Positions 37,458 through 46,096 of a DNA stretch of 64,000 nucleotides are shown here, piece after piece. The notes under the pieces were generated by a model. The model was not told the DNA's origin. It was given only the letters and a program-made list of their open reading frames with translations, and did not search any database. The translations under genes and the position numbers were made by a program. Positions within the stretch are counted from its first letter, which is position 1; every line of letters starts with the position of its first letter. The stretch lies in sequence record MN871451.1. One strand, 5' to 3'.

Positions 37458-37931
37458 ATGACCTATACCGAAATTAAAGGGGATTTGATTGAGGCTTTCT
37501 TTAATAAGGAAGTCGACGTCATTGCCCACCAAGTAAATTGTTTTGGGATTGCAAAGAGCGGTATCGCCGTTAAGATCTTCGAAGCTTTTCCCTGGATAGC
37601 TGAGCCTTACTTTGCTGACAAACGCCCTGTCAAAAACAGATTGGGGAAATTAACGGCCGCCAAAAAGGATGAGCAGTGGGGTTTCAATCTTTGTGGCCAA
37701 TTTCACCACGACCATTCAGATCCGGGATATAAAACGCATTATAGCGCACAGTATCTGGCAATGAAGATAATGTCCTCAATTCTCAAAAAGGAAGAGAAAC
37801 CATTAAGAGTTGGTTTTCCTTTAATCGGTTGCGGGTTGGCCGGTGGTGATTGGGAAATGGTCCGCCAAAATATTGAGCGGGCTTTTAAGGATACCAATCT
37901 TGAAATCATTGTTTATCGGTTCGAGGGTTAA
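37458..37931 (+). CDS. Macrodomain protein (Poa1p / T4 tk.4-like)
   Basis: IKGDL, VIAHQVNCFG...GIAVKI..AFP, FNLCGQ, VGFPLIGCGLAGGDW..V...I. Confidence 0.9.
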   Translation: MTYTEIKGDLIEAFFNKEVDVIAHQVNCFGIAKSGIAVKIFEAFPWIAEPYFADKRPVKNRLGKLTAAKKDEQWGFNLCGQFHHDHSDPGYKTHYSAQYLAMKIMSSILKKEEKPLRVGFPLIGCGLAGGDWEMVRQNIERAFKDTNLEIIVYRFEG

Positions 37932-37934
37932 ACT

Positions 37935-38300
37935 ATGTTTGTTGAACTGAGGGAATTTCAGCGTGACTGTGTGATACCCGAAAAGATAGACAACTACGAA
38001 ACAGAAGCAGGGAAAACACGGCAATACTTAACCTACGGACATAACCTTGGTCCGGTGTTAACGGTGCGTGGAATCAGCGGAAAAAGCGCGGAGTCTTTCC
38101 ATAAACTGGTACAGGCCAAGTATAATTTCCCTCGACCCGGAATTCATTTTGTTTTAACGGGTGATGAGATCAGGGAACTGTTGGATACTTGGATAGTAGA
38201 GGGTTCTTCCGACATTATTGATTCTTGGATTGAGTTAGATACCTTCTGGTGCATCGCTGACTTCGATTCAATCTTAACTTATTTTTGGGGAGGGGAATAG
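37935..38300 (+). CDS. Hypothetical protein
   Basis: GAGGG SD; packed run. Confidence 0.7.
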   Translation: MFVELREFQRDCVIPEKIDNYETEAGKTRQYLTYGHNLGPVLTVRGISGKSAESFHKLVQAKYNFPRPGIHFVLTGDEIRELLDTWIVEGSSDIIDSWIELDTFWCIADFDSILTYFWGGE

Positions 38301-38684
38301 ATGGGATTTTTTCTCACGTTTTATTCGGTCGATAAAGACACGGTATTGGAACCGGTTACAGGTGAAGGTGGTGTAGGGAAAACATTTGAATACGATGAAG
38401 TTTTTAACAATGATGCTGTCTCACCAAAGAGAATAGCATCTTGGAAGAATCAACATACATTAGCCGAAATTTTGGCTGCCGCGAACCTCTGCTCTAACGA
38501 TGACTTGGGACCGTGGGTTATTACTAAGGATGATATCCCATTAATCATCTCTGAGATTACTGCGCGTAACAACGAGCAAAACGACGACCGATGGAACGAT
38601 TACGAAGGATTAAAACTCTTTTTAATTCTTAAAAATAAATCATTTGATTTTGATAAAGACTGGTTTATTTTTACTGCGGGATAA
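38301..38684 (+). CDS. Hypothetical protein
   Basis: GGAGGGG SD; C-terminal FDFDKDWFIF typical of a phage family. Confidence 0.7.
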   Translation: MGFFLTFYSVDKDTVLEPVTGEGGVGKTFEYDEVFNNDAVSPKRIASWKNQHTLAEILAAANLCSNDDLGPWVITKDDIPLIISEITARNNEQNDDRWNDYEGLKLFLILKNKSFDFDKDWFIFTAG

Positions 38685-38705
38685 AAATGCATTATTTTCA
38701 AGTCC

Positions 38706-38735
38706 GTCCTCGATTACCTAATTTAACTCGAGGAC
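38706..38735 (+). promoter_or_regulatory. RBS-occluding hairpin
   Basis: GTCCTCGA (38706-13) pairs with TCGAGGAC (38728-35), which contains the GAGGA SD of ORF 38743. Confidence 0.5.
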
Positions 38736-38742
38736 TCAAATC

Positions 38743-38907
38743 ATGGCAAGAACCAAACGCGGTTCTAAGGCTCAAAGTCAAGAATTCTGGAGCGCCCGGC
38801 CAGGTAATCCAACAATCCCCGGTCCATACTCTAAACTCTTGACTCACCGCGCTGAACGTCGTATCAGTAAAAAGATCGTACGTCAGGAACTCAACGATTT
38901 AGACTAA
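38743..38907 (+). CDS. Small basic protein, 54 aa (not in the ORF track)
   Basis: GAGGA SD; MARTKRGSKAQSQEFWSARPG...LTHRAERRISKKIVRQEL; followed by a strong terminator. Confidence 0.75.
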   Translation: MARTKRGSKAQSQEFWSARPGNPTIPGPYSKLLTHRAERRISKKIVRQELNDLD

Positions 38908-38910
38908 GCT

Positions 38911-38945
38911 AAAAGAGGAGGGGTTTCCCTCCTCTTTTTTTTTGC
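38911..38945 (+). terminator. Intrinsic terminator
   Basis: AAAAGAGGAGGG-gttt-CCCTCCTCTTTT followed by a long T-run. Confidence 0.85.
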
Positions 38946-39004
38946 TTTTTACGGCAGAGAGTAAGAATATGGTGCGACTATAATTACCATAACGGGGAAT
39001 AATA

Positions 39005-40384
39005 ATGCTCGAACAACTAATGTCATTTTACGACCATATTCTTTCTAACTTTAAAGACTACCCTATGGCACAGAATGCAATTGTCGCCGCGAGTTCCATT
39101 GCGGTGTCAGGGGCGATTGGTTGGGGGTTAATCAAAACGCCCAAGGCGGTAGCACAATGGGTCAAACGTCAGTTTGTTACTAGTTTGGTTTTTAACACCT
39201 CTGGAACCAACTGGAGTAATTATAACTCCGAACAATATGGGGCATTCCTGAAATGGTTTGCTAAGAATAGTTGGTTCCATTGGAGTAGGACGATAACTAT
39301 TGATGGCGACGTGAATGGAGAGTCCGCCGCAGTGGGGCCTGGTGTGGGGTCACATTTCTTTCTTCATAAGGGCACTGTGTTTGTTTTCTCTATCACGGAA
39401 ATTGATGCTAACGCTGCGAGTAATTCGAAATACCGTCTTAGCATTAGTAAATTCGGTCGCAGCCATAAACCTATCTTAAACCTGATGGATGAGTTTATGC
39501 TGAAAGACACGGGTAAAGACAACATACGGACATTTGTCAATACTACCGACAGTTGGAATTATTTGTGCCGACTGAAGAAAAGAGACCTTAAAACCATAGT
39601 CGTTACGGATAAAGTCCAGCGCGAGTTAATCGACCCTATCTTCGATTTTAATAAGAGTAAAGACTGGTACGAATCACGAGGACTGGCTTATAAGTTCACA
39701 GTGTTGTTATACGGTTTACCAGGCACCGGAAAGAGCAGTTTGATTTCGGCATTAGCGGCCGCGTTAGGGCGCGATATTCATATCCTCAAACCCGCCGGTG
39801 GATTACAATACCAAGCGCTTTTCCAACGAGCAGCTGGCGGGGTTGTGATTATCGAGGATATTGATACGTATTCGTTCACGAAAGCGCGGAGTAAAGAAAA
39901 GGTTATCATTGACTTAAAAGAGGGAAACAAACCGGAAAACCCAGAAGAACTCAAAAATACCCCTTTCGTCGTTGAAGAACAAAGTTCTGACGATAAAGCA
40001 ATGGACGAGTACCTAAACGGTAGCTTGTCAGATTTCCTCAACGCGTTAGACGGCGTCTTGCGGTTGAATGATGTTATCGTTTTCCTGACGACTAACCGCC
40101 CTGAGAAACTTGACGATGCGCTGCTGCGGGACGGGAGAATAGACGTCAGGGCTGAAGTAGAAGTATTAGGCGATAAAGAAATTCGTCAGTTCTTCAAAAT
40201 GGCATTCCCTGATACGGAACCTAGTAATAACCTTCCTTTCTCTCCTTTACCCGGTGCATCTGTTCAAGCGCTTTTCATGCTGAACAAACATGACCCGGTA
40301 GCCTATGAAAACGCGCTACGGACGTACGACGTCACTAAACCTGTCGAAGCAGTAAGTTATAACGTCTTAAAAGCTGTAAGTTAA
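39005..40384 (+). CDS. BCS1-like membrane-anchored AAA+ ATPase
   Basis: N-terminal TM plus BCS1_N-like region (WVKRQFVTSL, FLKWF, LSISKFGRS), DWYESRGLAYK, Walker A GLPGTGKS, Walker B VIIEDID, FLNALDGV, SRH TTNRPEKLDDALLRDGRID. Confidence 0.85.
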   Translation: MLEQLMSFYDHILSNFKDYPMAQNAIVAASSIAVSGAIGWGLIKTPKAVAQWVKRQFVTSLVFNTSGTNWSNYNSEQYGAFLKWFAKNSWFHWSRTITIDGDVNGESAAVGPGVGSHFFLHKGTVFVFSITEIDANAASNSKYRLSISKFGRSHKPILNLMDEFMLKDTGKDNIRTFVNTTDSWNYLCRLKKRDLKTIVVTDKVQRELIDPIFDFNKSKDWYESRGLAYKFTVLLYGLPGTGKSSLISALAAALGRDIHILKPAGGLQYQALFQRAAGGVVIIEDIDTYSFTKARSKEKVIIDLKEGNKPENPEELKNTPFVVEEQSSDDKAMDEYLNGSLSDFLNALDGVLRLNDVIVFLTTNRPEKLDDALLRDGRIDVRAEVEVLGDKEIRQFFKMAFPDTEPSNNLPFSPLPGASVQALFMLNKHDPVAYENALRTYDVTKPVEAVSYNVLKAVS

Positions 40385-40395
40385 ACGTACTATGG

Positions 40396-40421
40396 GAACA
40401 GGGTCAACTCGACCCTGTTTC
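40396..40421 (+). terminator. Terminator-like hairpin
   Basis: AACAGGGTC-aactc-GACCCTGTT. Confidence 0.55.
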
Positions 40422-40425
40422 ACAC

Positions 40426-40443
40426 CTATATCACCCTAGTGAA
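40426..40443 (+). promoter_or_regulatory. Phage early promoter (CTATATCAC-N5-TGAA)
   Basis: Motif copy directly after a hairpin. Confidence 0.7.
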
Positions 40444-40480
40444 AGAACGTAAACAAAATCGTTTATAAGGAGTTCCTACC

Positions 40481-40726
40481 GTGACCGACGAAGAAATTAA
40501 AAGTGTTATTATCAACGATCATGTCATTGACTTTGGCGAATTGGTACATGTTACTCCGCCTATTTCAAAACTCAATACAAACTGGGGCGGCGCTAAACCT
40601 TCAATTGGGCTGCTCTATACGTCTAACCCAAGCAAGATGGGTTGGTTGGTATTTCATGACCAAGAAACGGCCATTGAGAAATACGAAGAAATTATCGTGC
40701 AATGGAACCTGAGGAAAATGAAATAA
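40481..40726 (+). CDS. Hypothetical protein
   Basis: TAAGGAG SD; GTG start. Confidence 0.7.
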   Translation: MTDEEIKSVIINDHVIDFGELVHVTPPISKLNTNWGGAKPSIGLLYTSNPSKMGWLVFHDQETAIEKYEEIIVQWNLRKMK

Positions 40727-41238
40727 TGATTCTGGCCTCTTTCGTCTCTAGCGAACACGGTAAAATGTTAATTGTTGGTAATCGAACACTTTACCGTCGC
40801 GGAATTTCTCCAGCGGCCTCATTCGCTTCTGAAAACGGTAAAGTCTTACTGATCGAAACCACAGGGATTTATTTTGCCTGGGGAAGTAAATGCCGCTGGG
40901 AAATAAACTTCAAAGAGAAATGGATAGGGAGCATTACTGAAGAATATTCCCCTATTGGGGGACCTGAAGAGATCACCACCGGAAGAGGCCGATTTGTTGT
41001 TCAAGAGGTTCAACTTCACGAAGGAAAACGTTTCGGGAAGAAAAAGAAATCGGAAGCGAGGTGGTGGGAGATATTAGACGTCCCTGAAACGGATGCTGAG
41101 TGGTTTGACCGTCACCGAGAAACCGTGTCTCGATTACGGGCAGATAACCCGCTAGAAGCGATTGAGGGCCTTTATACGCTAAAGCCTTTGTTGGATGAAA
41201 TCGAAGCGATTGGAAGGAAATTGCGAAATGAAAAATAA
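40726..41238 (+). CDS. Hypothetical protein
   Basis: TAATG overlap; GAGGA SD. Confidence 0.7.
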   Translation: MILASFVSSEHGKMLIVGNRTLYRRGISPAASFASENGKVLLIETTGIYFAWGSKCRWEINFKEKWIGSITEEYSPIGGPEEITTGRGRFVVQEVQLHEGKRFGKKKKSEARWWEILDVPETDAEWFDRHRETVSRLRADNPLEAIEGLYTLKPLLDEIEAIGRKLRNEK

Positions 41239-41497
41239 TTTGTTCTCGGGAGATAAATTGTTCTTCTTAGTTGCTACTCACGGACTGCCCTTAGATATTG
41301 CAGTAGGTAAGATATTTAACGCAGGATTCACTATTGATTGGACGGGGTTCATTGATGCCGCGTTAACAGGAGGGTGGCAGCCAAGAAGAATTCTTACGGC
41401 TATCGAATGTTCTGCTTTAGAAGCGATCTCCGATGAAGAATATTGCCAGGAAGTCATCGTCCGAGTGAAATTGTACTTGATTAATAAGGTGCTCTGA
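41228..41497 (+). CDS. Stand-alone alanyl-tRNA synthetase-like fragment
   Basis: FSGDKLFFLVATHGLPLDIAVGKIFNAGFTIDWTGFIDAA aligns with AlaRS [40 protein letters not shown]. Confidence 0.6.
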   Translation: MKNNLFSGDKLFFLVATHGLPLDIAVGKIFNAGFTIDWTGFIDAALTGGWQPRRILTAIECSALEAISDEEYCQEVIVRVKLYLINKVL

Positions 41498-41499
41498 AA

Positions 41500-42066
41500 A
41501 TGTCTAACGATAAAGTGGTTGTACTCACCCGTGAAGTAGTAGATGAGATTCTAAGTGAACTGTGTGAGCATACCGAGCGTTATGATCTCACCGGCAAGAT
41601 TCGTGAGCAAATGAACCGGAAAGACGAATCACTTTTCAATTCCCCAACCTTTGCCGAAGAGCCGCTGACACTCGCAACGCTCAAGAAAGTCGTAAGTCAA
41701 TATATTAGCTCACGTCAATTTACCTTCGTAGACTTCGCGTTTATGGCGGATAACGGATACGACGAATCTGGTCCGTGGGTGAAGACTTTCTGGGATACAG
41801 GAGCGTATTTTGAGGGCAGCGAAAACGCTTATCGGTATCCCTCTAGTTCCGGGACTTTCTGGGACCAAGAATCACAGACGGGAATCTTCTATTTGCAACT
41901 GACTCAACATGAGATTGTTTTTAATCTCGATCTTTCCGTTATCAAAGTGCGTAAAGATTGTTCTTTGTTAAACGAGGTTCAGCCTTGGACAGAATGGACG
42001 GATGAAACGAACTGGTTGAGCAGTAGCGTAGGCGACCTGGAAAGGGTTATTGAAGATTGGTTTTAA
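41500..42066 (+). CDS. Hypothetical protein
   Basis: Packed run. Confidence 0.75.
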   Translation: MSNDKVVVLTREVVDEILSELCEHTERYDLTGKIREQMNRKDESLFNSPTFAEEPLTLATLKKVVSQYISSRQFTFVDFAFMADNGYDESGPWVKTFWDTGAYFEGSENAYRYPSSSGTFWDQESQTGIFYLQLTQHEIVFNLDLSVIKVRKDCSLLNEVQPWTEWTDETNWLSSSVGDLERVIEDWF

Positions 42067-42085
42067 CTAATTAAAGGGGTAGTAA

Positions 42086-43414
42086 ATGCCAGGTGATACT
42101 CTGGATAAAATGCACATTGCATTAGTGGGTGAGTTTAGTCGGTTCAGTCGTGAACAGTACGCTAACCGTATTGAAGCACTAGGCGGGGTTATTTGCGAAC
42201 CGTGTAACGGTATCGATTATATCTTTTACGGTAAATTACCGAAAGAAGAAATTGAAGAGTATAAATACGGAATAGACACCGTATTTGGCACTTACAACGA
42301 AATCGCTTTATTGGACAAACTGACCGAGGTTGAAATGGACAAGCAAGATCAACTCCCCCTGAGCCGTATCGAATATTATCAAACTCTTCCTACTCAACCT
42401 GACGGCTGTACGGTATTCATGTACGAAGTACGGCGTATGGCTCAGGAATTGGCTGAACTTCGTCGTCAATCGGTTATTGAACCCAATAAACCTAGGCGGG
42501 AGATTCACGAGATAATCGAATGGGATTTTGGGCTTCAGGAACCAGGGATGACTAAACCCTATCCGAAAGCGCAGTTTAGCAAAGACGTTGAAACAGAAAT
42601 CCGGGCGCTGTATGAAACCCTAAGCGGTTCTGATTATAACGGCCCTATCAATAATGTCCGCGTCCAGAACGACAACAATACCGTGTTGATCACTTTCCGT
42701 AATGGCCGGAACAACCTGCTCGGTTTTAACCTGAAACCAGTCCCTGACGTCAACGATCGTTTCGCTATCCCCGTCACTGAAACGTCTGATGAACTTCAGG
42801 CTTTTATCCGCGCCGAATTAGCGAAAAAGGTAAACATTGAGTTACCCGCATCCGGGACATCAGTTACACTAAAAACCCCGAGTACCGATGAAATTAAAAA
42901 CCTCGGTTTTAAAGAGACCTTCACCAATGGCGCTAATACCATCGATGAGCACAACGAGTTAGTACGCGACGCGTTACGTTGGCGTGGCCTGATGGCCTCT
43001 CCGGCTATTCGTTTATTCGGCTCTGCTGGGCTTAAAGACGGGGACGTTAAGAAGAGCGGCTATGCGCATTTTGGCGGGGAATTCTGGACCATCCACAGCG
43101 GGCGTGTATCGAGTTCTGAGGAGACAGTGCGTAATCGTAAACTGATTACTCAATACGCGGATATCATGGCGGAGAATGAAGTACGTAAAGCAGATCAATG
43201 GATTATGCTCAACGTCGAAGAGAATCTCAGTGCGGATGCTATTACAGAGGTCTACTTCGAAGGGGAAGAGCTGCGTATGACTATTCCTGCTAATGAAGTC
43301 GTTCCTAAAAACGGCGACCTTTCTGATCAAGTAGTGATTTTACAAAATGCGCAGATTGCCGCACGCGAACGTGGTATCTGGCAACCCTGCACATTAGTAA
43401 TGAAAGGTAAGTGA
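42086..43414 (+). CDS. Multidomain protein with an N-terminal BRCT-like domain
   Basis: ALVGEFSRFSREQYANRIEALGG...IDYIFYG resembles ligase-type BRCT (TG.L....R.E....IE..GG); remainder unrecognised. Confidence 0.6.
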   Translation: MPGDTLDKMHIALVGEFSRFSREQYANRIEALGGVICEPCNGIDYIFYGKLPKEEIEEYKYGIDTVFGTYNEIALLDKLTEVEMDKQDQLPLSRIEYYQTLPTQPDGCTVFMYEVRRMAQELAELRRQSVIEPNKPRREIHEIIEWDFGLQEPGMTKPYPKAQFSKDVETEIRALYETLSGSDYNGPINNVRVQNDNNTVLITFRNGRNNLLGFNLKPVPDVNDRFAIPVTETSDELQAFIRAELAKKVNIELPASGTSVTLKTPSTDEIKNLGFKETFTNGANTIDEHNELVRDALRWRGLMASPAIRLFGSAGLKDGDVKKSGYAHFGGEFWTIHSGRVSSSEETVRNRKLITQYADIMAENEVRKADQWIMLNVEENLSADAITEVYFEGEELRMTIPANEVVPKNGDLSDQVVILQNAQIAARERGIWQPCTLVMKGK

Positions 43415-43716
43415 TGAAACAACTTCCGTATTATCACGCGATAGAAGGACTGCCTGAATGGGCAGTCTCTATTAATTCCTTGTTCGGTGTTCTCCCGCTT
43501 AAAGGTTATTTCACGTTAGACGGGAAACCGACAGGAGCGCCGTTCTTGATTAATACTGCAATCGAGTCTATCAAGAAACGTATCGATTATCTGAACAAGT
43601 TCGATTACCACTTACCAGAGAAACTGGTGCTTGAAGTCGCCTGTTCAGGAAAAGCAAGAGCAAAATTGAAGCACTTGAAAATACCTGTGCGTTTTGAAAT
43701 CAGACTCATCTTTTAA
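43411..43716 (+). CDS. Hypothetical protein
   Basis: Overlaps the previous stop. Confidence 0.65.
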   Translation: MMKQLPYYHAIEGLPEWAVSINSLFGVLPLKGYFTLDGKPTGAPFLINTAIESIKKRIDYLNKFDYHLPEKLVLEVACSGKARAKLKHLKIPVRFEIRLIF

Positions 43717-44183
43717 TGGTAAAAGAAAACGCAATGGAATTTAAACTCAACACTCCGCTTAGTCGGTCTTTAAAAGACATCTACGATTTAGATCTTCCTT
43801 GGCTAAGGACTGATCTTTACTTGCAGGCGCTAGAGCGCACCGCGTATTCTCTTTTCGACGTTAACGATATTACCAAAGCCAATTACGTCGATCCGTGGAG
43901 TTCGGCTAAAGTCTACCGTATTCCCGATTCCAATAACCAAGGGATTATGCGAAAGAATAATTTCAGTATTCATATCCCGCTGAAGTTACCCAAAGTACCC
44001 CCTAGCCGGTTGGTCGGTTTACGACTAGTTATTAAAGTAGAAGGTTATTCTAGTTATGTTGACTGTCGTAGCATTGAAATGCAGTTTTTTAAAGACGGCC
44101 CATGGGAGGAATTAAAAGGAAAATATAACCTTAAACAGCTCAAGGCTCTAATCTCAACCTACAGTACGGATATGCTACAATGA
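43716..44183 (+). CDS. Hypothetical protein
   Basis: TAATG overlap. Confidence 0.65.
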   Translation: MVKENAMEFKLNTPLSRSLKDIYDLDLPWLRTDLYLQALERTAYSLFDVNDITKANYVDPWSSAKVYRIPDSNNQGIMRKNNFSIHIPLKLPKVPPSRLVGLRLVIKVEGYSSYVDCRSIEMQFFKDGPWEELKGKYNLKQLKALISTYSTDMLQ

Positions 44184-44533
44184 AAATAGCGTGGTGGTTA
44201 ATCGGTTATCTACTTACCTTCGGCTATTACTCGATTTGCTTTTCCCAGTCAGAAAATCATTCGTTCCCGTTTGATAACCTTTGGGTAATCAGTTTCCTTT
44301 ATATCGTCTGGTTGTTCTTCTCGATCTTCCTGGATAAATTCCAATTAAGTACCGGGAAAAATGATCAATCGCCCAGTTACTGGTGGCTAATATTCTATCC
44401 GGGTTACCTTTTTAAGCGTTATCAATTTAAGAAGGAACCGGAGGTATTAGTAGCGGCGGTGTTATTGACCTTTTATTTTATCGTTTGGTGCTCTGTTCAT
44501 CTCGGACTGATCAGCTACGACTGGTTTCATTAA
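44180..44533 (+). CDS. Integral membrane protein
   Basis: 3-4 TM segments; WWLIFYPGYLFKR echoes the motif in 27309..27713. Confidence 0.7.
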   Translation: MKIAWWLIGYLLTFGYYSICFSQSENHSFPFDNLWVISFLYIVWLFFSIFLDKFQLSTGKNDQSPSYWWLIFYPGYLFKRYQFKKEPEVLVAAVLLTFYFIVWCSVHLGLISYDWFH

Positions 44534-44535
44534 TC

Positions 44536-44570
44536 GAGAGGAGGCAAACGCCTCCTCTCTCCTGTTTTCT
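44536..44570 (+). terminator. Terminator hairpin
   Basis: GAGAGGAGGC-aaac-GCCTCCTCTC. Confidence 0.7.
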
Positions 44571-44584
44571 AAAAGTTTTAAGAT

Positions 44585-44602
44585 CTATATCACGTCATTG
44601 AA
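44585..44602 (+). promoter_or_regulatory. Phage early promoter (CTATATCAC-N5-TGAA)
   Basis: Motif copy after a terminator. Confidence 0.7.
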
Positions 44603-44642
44603 ATAAACTCACCCTGATACAAACAACGTTAAGGAACTTTAA

Positions 44643-45959
44643 ATGGACAAGCACGCTTTTTTCTCTGGATCTCTCTCTGATAACGCACCTATTAAATCAT
44701 TGAATGATATCTTCGAATCGTTCGGCGAAGCTTACGGGAGCTACGCACGTTTCGTAGGCAATAACGAGGAAGAAATTCGCGTCAATAAAATGGTACGTCA
44801 TTTCCTGACTGCAAATCGACTCCCTATCTTCAACATCGATACCGATCGAATGTTCGATCAGAATAAATACTACTTCGAATCCACGCAGTGGTTAACTGCG
44901 TTCCTGGAAAAACATCGCTTCTTCCAGCACGACGATGACCAGTTCATTGGACTGGATAAATACAATCGTCCGATCGCCTGTATTCGTATTCAAAGCGACA
45001 TCAGGTCTAACCTCTCTATCGAAGGTATGATGGCGAAAGATATCTACGACGATCTGTTGATTCAGATCCAAGAAAATATCAAAATCGATCACCGTACTGA
45101 CGAAACGAAAGAGGAATTTTATTATTCTGAAGTCGTTATTCGGAAAACGCCAATGGGTGAAATGACTCACCTTGAACCCAGAGTCATGCGTCATAGCGGC
45201 GAAACGAAGAAGGAATTCTATCCGTTCCTGAACGGCGGTGTGGAAGCGCTCATCGAAGACTTTATTCAGTCTGATGAATCGGTTCTGATTCTCATGGGTG
45301 AACCCGGTACCGGGAAATCGACCGCCATTTCCGCTGCCTGCGTGGCGCTGAACCTTTTCCCGATCTACGCGAAGAAAACTGAGGTCCTCGAAAACCCAGA
45401 ATTCATCTCTAAGATCTTCGCGTTCAGCGACGACAAAATGGAAAGGGTTGAAATCTCCAGTGGTGAAAATGCGCGTTATGAACTTTTCAAAGACCGTTCG
45501 CATTTTGAAAATACCCGTAATATGCTGACGCTGCCAAACAGCCACGATGCGAAAACCCGTAAAGAGCCTACCTTCCCAATCGTGATTGTGGAAGATGGGG
45601 ATATCCTCTTACGTCCGCGTGCTGACGGTAACACGATGATGTCAGAATTGCTGAACGAAACCGACGGCGTAGGGAGCGCCACTACGCGTAAAATCATTAT
45701 CACGACTAACCTGACCGACAAATCGAAAATCGAACCGGCACTGATGCGCGATGGCCGTCACTATCTTGGCGAGCCGTTACACTTCCGTATGCTGACCCCG
45801 ATGGAGGCCGTTGAAGCTCGCGCGGCGGCGGGTTTACCGAAGTTTGATGTCGTTCCTAAGAGCGATATCCCGCTGGCAACGGCGCTGCGTAAGCCGCGCA
45901 AGAAAATCTACCTGAAAGAAGGCGAAGTCGTCGTTCAAACAGGGCGTTCTCTGAACTAA
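44643..45959 (+). CDS. AAA+ ATPase, monocistronic
   Basis: Walker A GEPGTGKS, Walker B IVIVEDGD, ELLNETDGV, IIITTN, ALMRDGR; strongly biased codons; own promoter and terminator. Confidence 0.88.
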   Translation: MDKHAFFSGSLSDNAPIKSLNDIFESFGEAYGSYARFVGNNEEEIRVNKMVRHFLTANRLPIFNIDTDRMFDQNKYYFESTQWLTAFLEKHRFFQHDDDQFIGLDKYNRPIACIRIQSDIRSNLSIEGMMAKDIYDDLLIQIQENIKIDHRTDETKEEFYYSEVVIRKTPMGEMTHLEPRVMRHSGETKKEFYPFLNGGVEALIEDFIQSDESVLILMGEPGTGKSTAISAACVALNLFPIYAKKTEVLENPEFISKIFAFSDDKMERVEISSGENARYELFKDRSHFENTRNMLTLPNSHDAKTRKEPTFPIVIVEDGDILLRPRADGNTMMSELLNETDGVGSATTRKIIITTNLTDKSKIEPALMRDGRHYLGEPLHFRMLTPMEAVEARAAAGLPKFDVVPKSDIPLATALRKPRKKIYLKEGEVVVQTGRSLN

Positions 45960-45966
45960 GGCTAAT

Positions 45967-46003
45967 AAAAGAAAGAGGGGTCATTCCCTCTTTCTTTTTT
46001 TTT
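45967..46003 (+). terminator. Intrinsic terminator
   Basis: AAAAGAAAGAGGG/CCCTCTTTCTTTT followed by a T-run. Confidence 0.85.
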
Positions 46004-46023
46004 GTTTCGATTCGTTTTAAAGC

Positions 46024-46041
46024 CTATATCACTTGAGTGAA
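46024..46041 (+). promoter_or_regulatory. Phage early promoter (CTATATCAC-N5-TGAA)
   Basis: Motif copy after a terminator; nearly identical to the 16173 copy (CTATATCAC[T/C]TGAGTGAAGGTAA). Confidence 0.75.
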
Positions 46042-46096
46042 GGTAACAAAAATTACTTGGTCTTTAAATAGTTTGTACTTAACACGGAGATAAAAA

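Noticed and set aside
44892-45545. 217-aa minus-strand ORF
   Set aside because: Exactly antisense to the strongly codon-biased AAA gene; a shadow ORF with no SD or protein-like composition.
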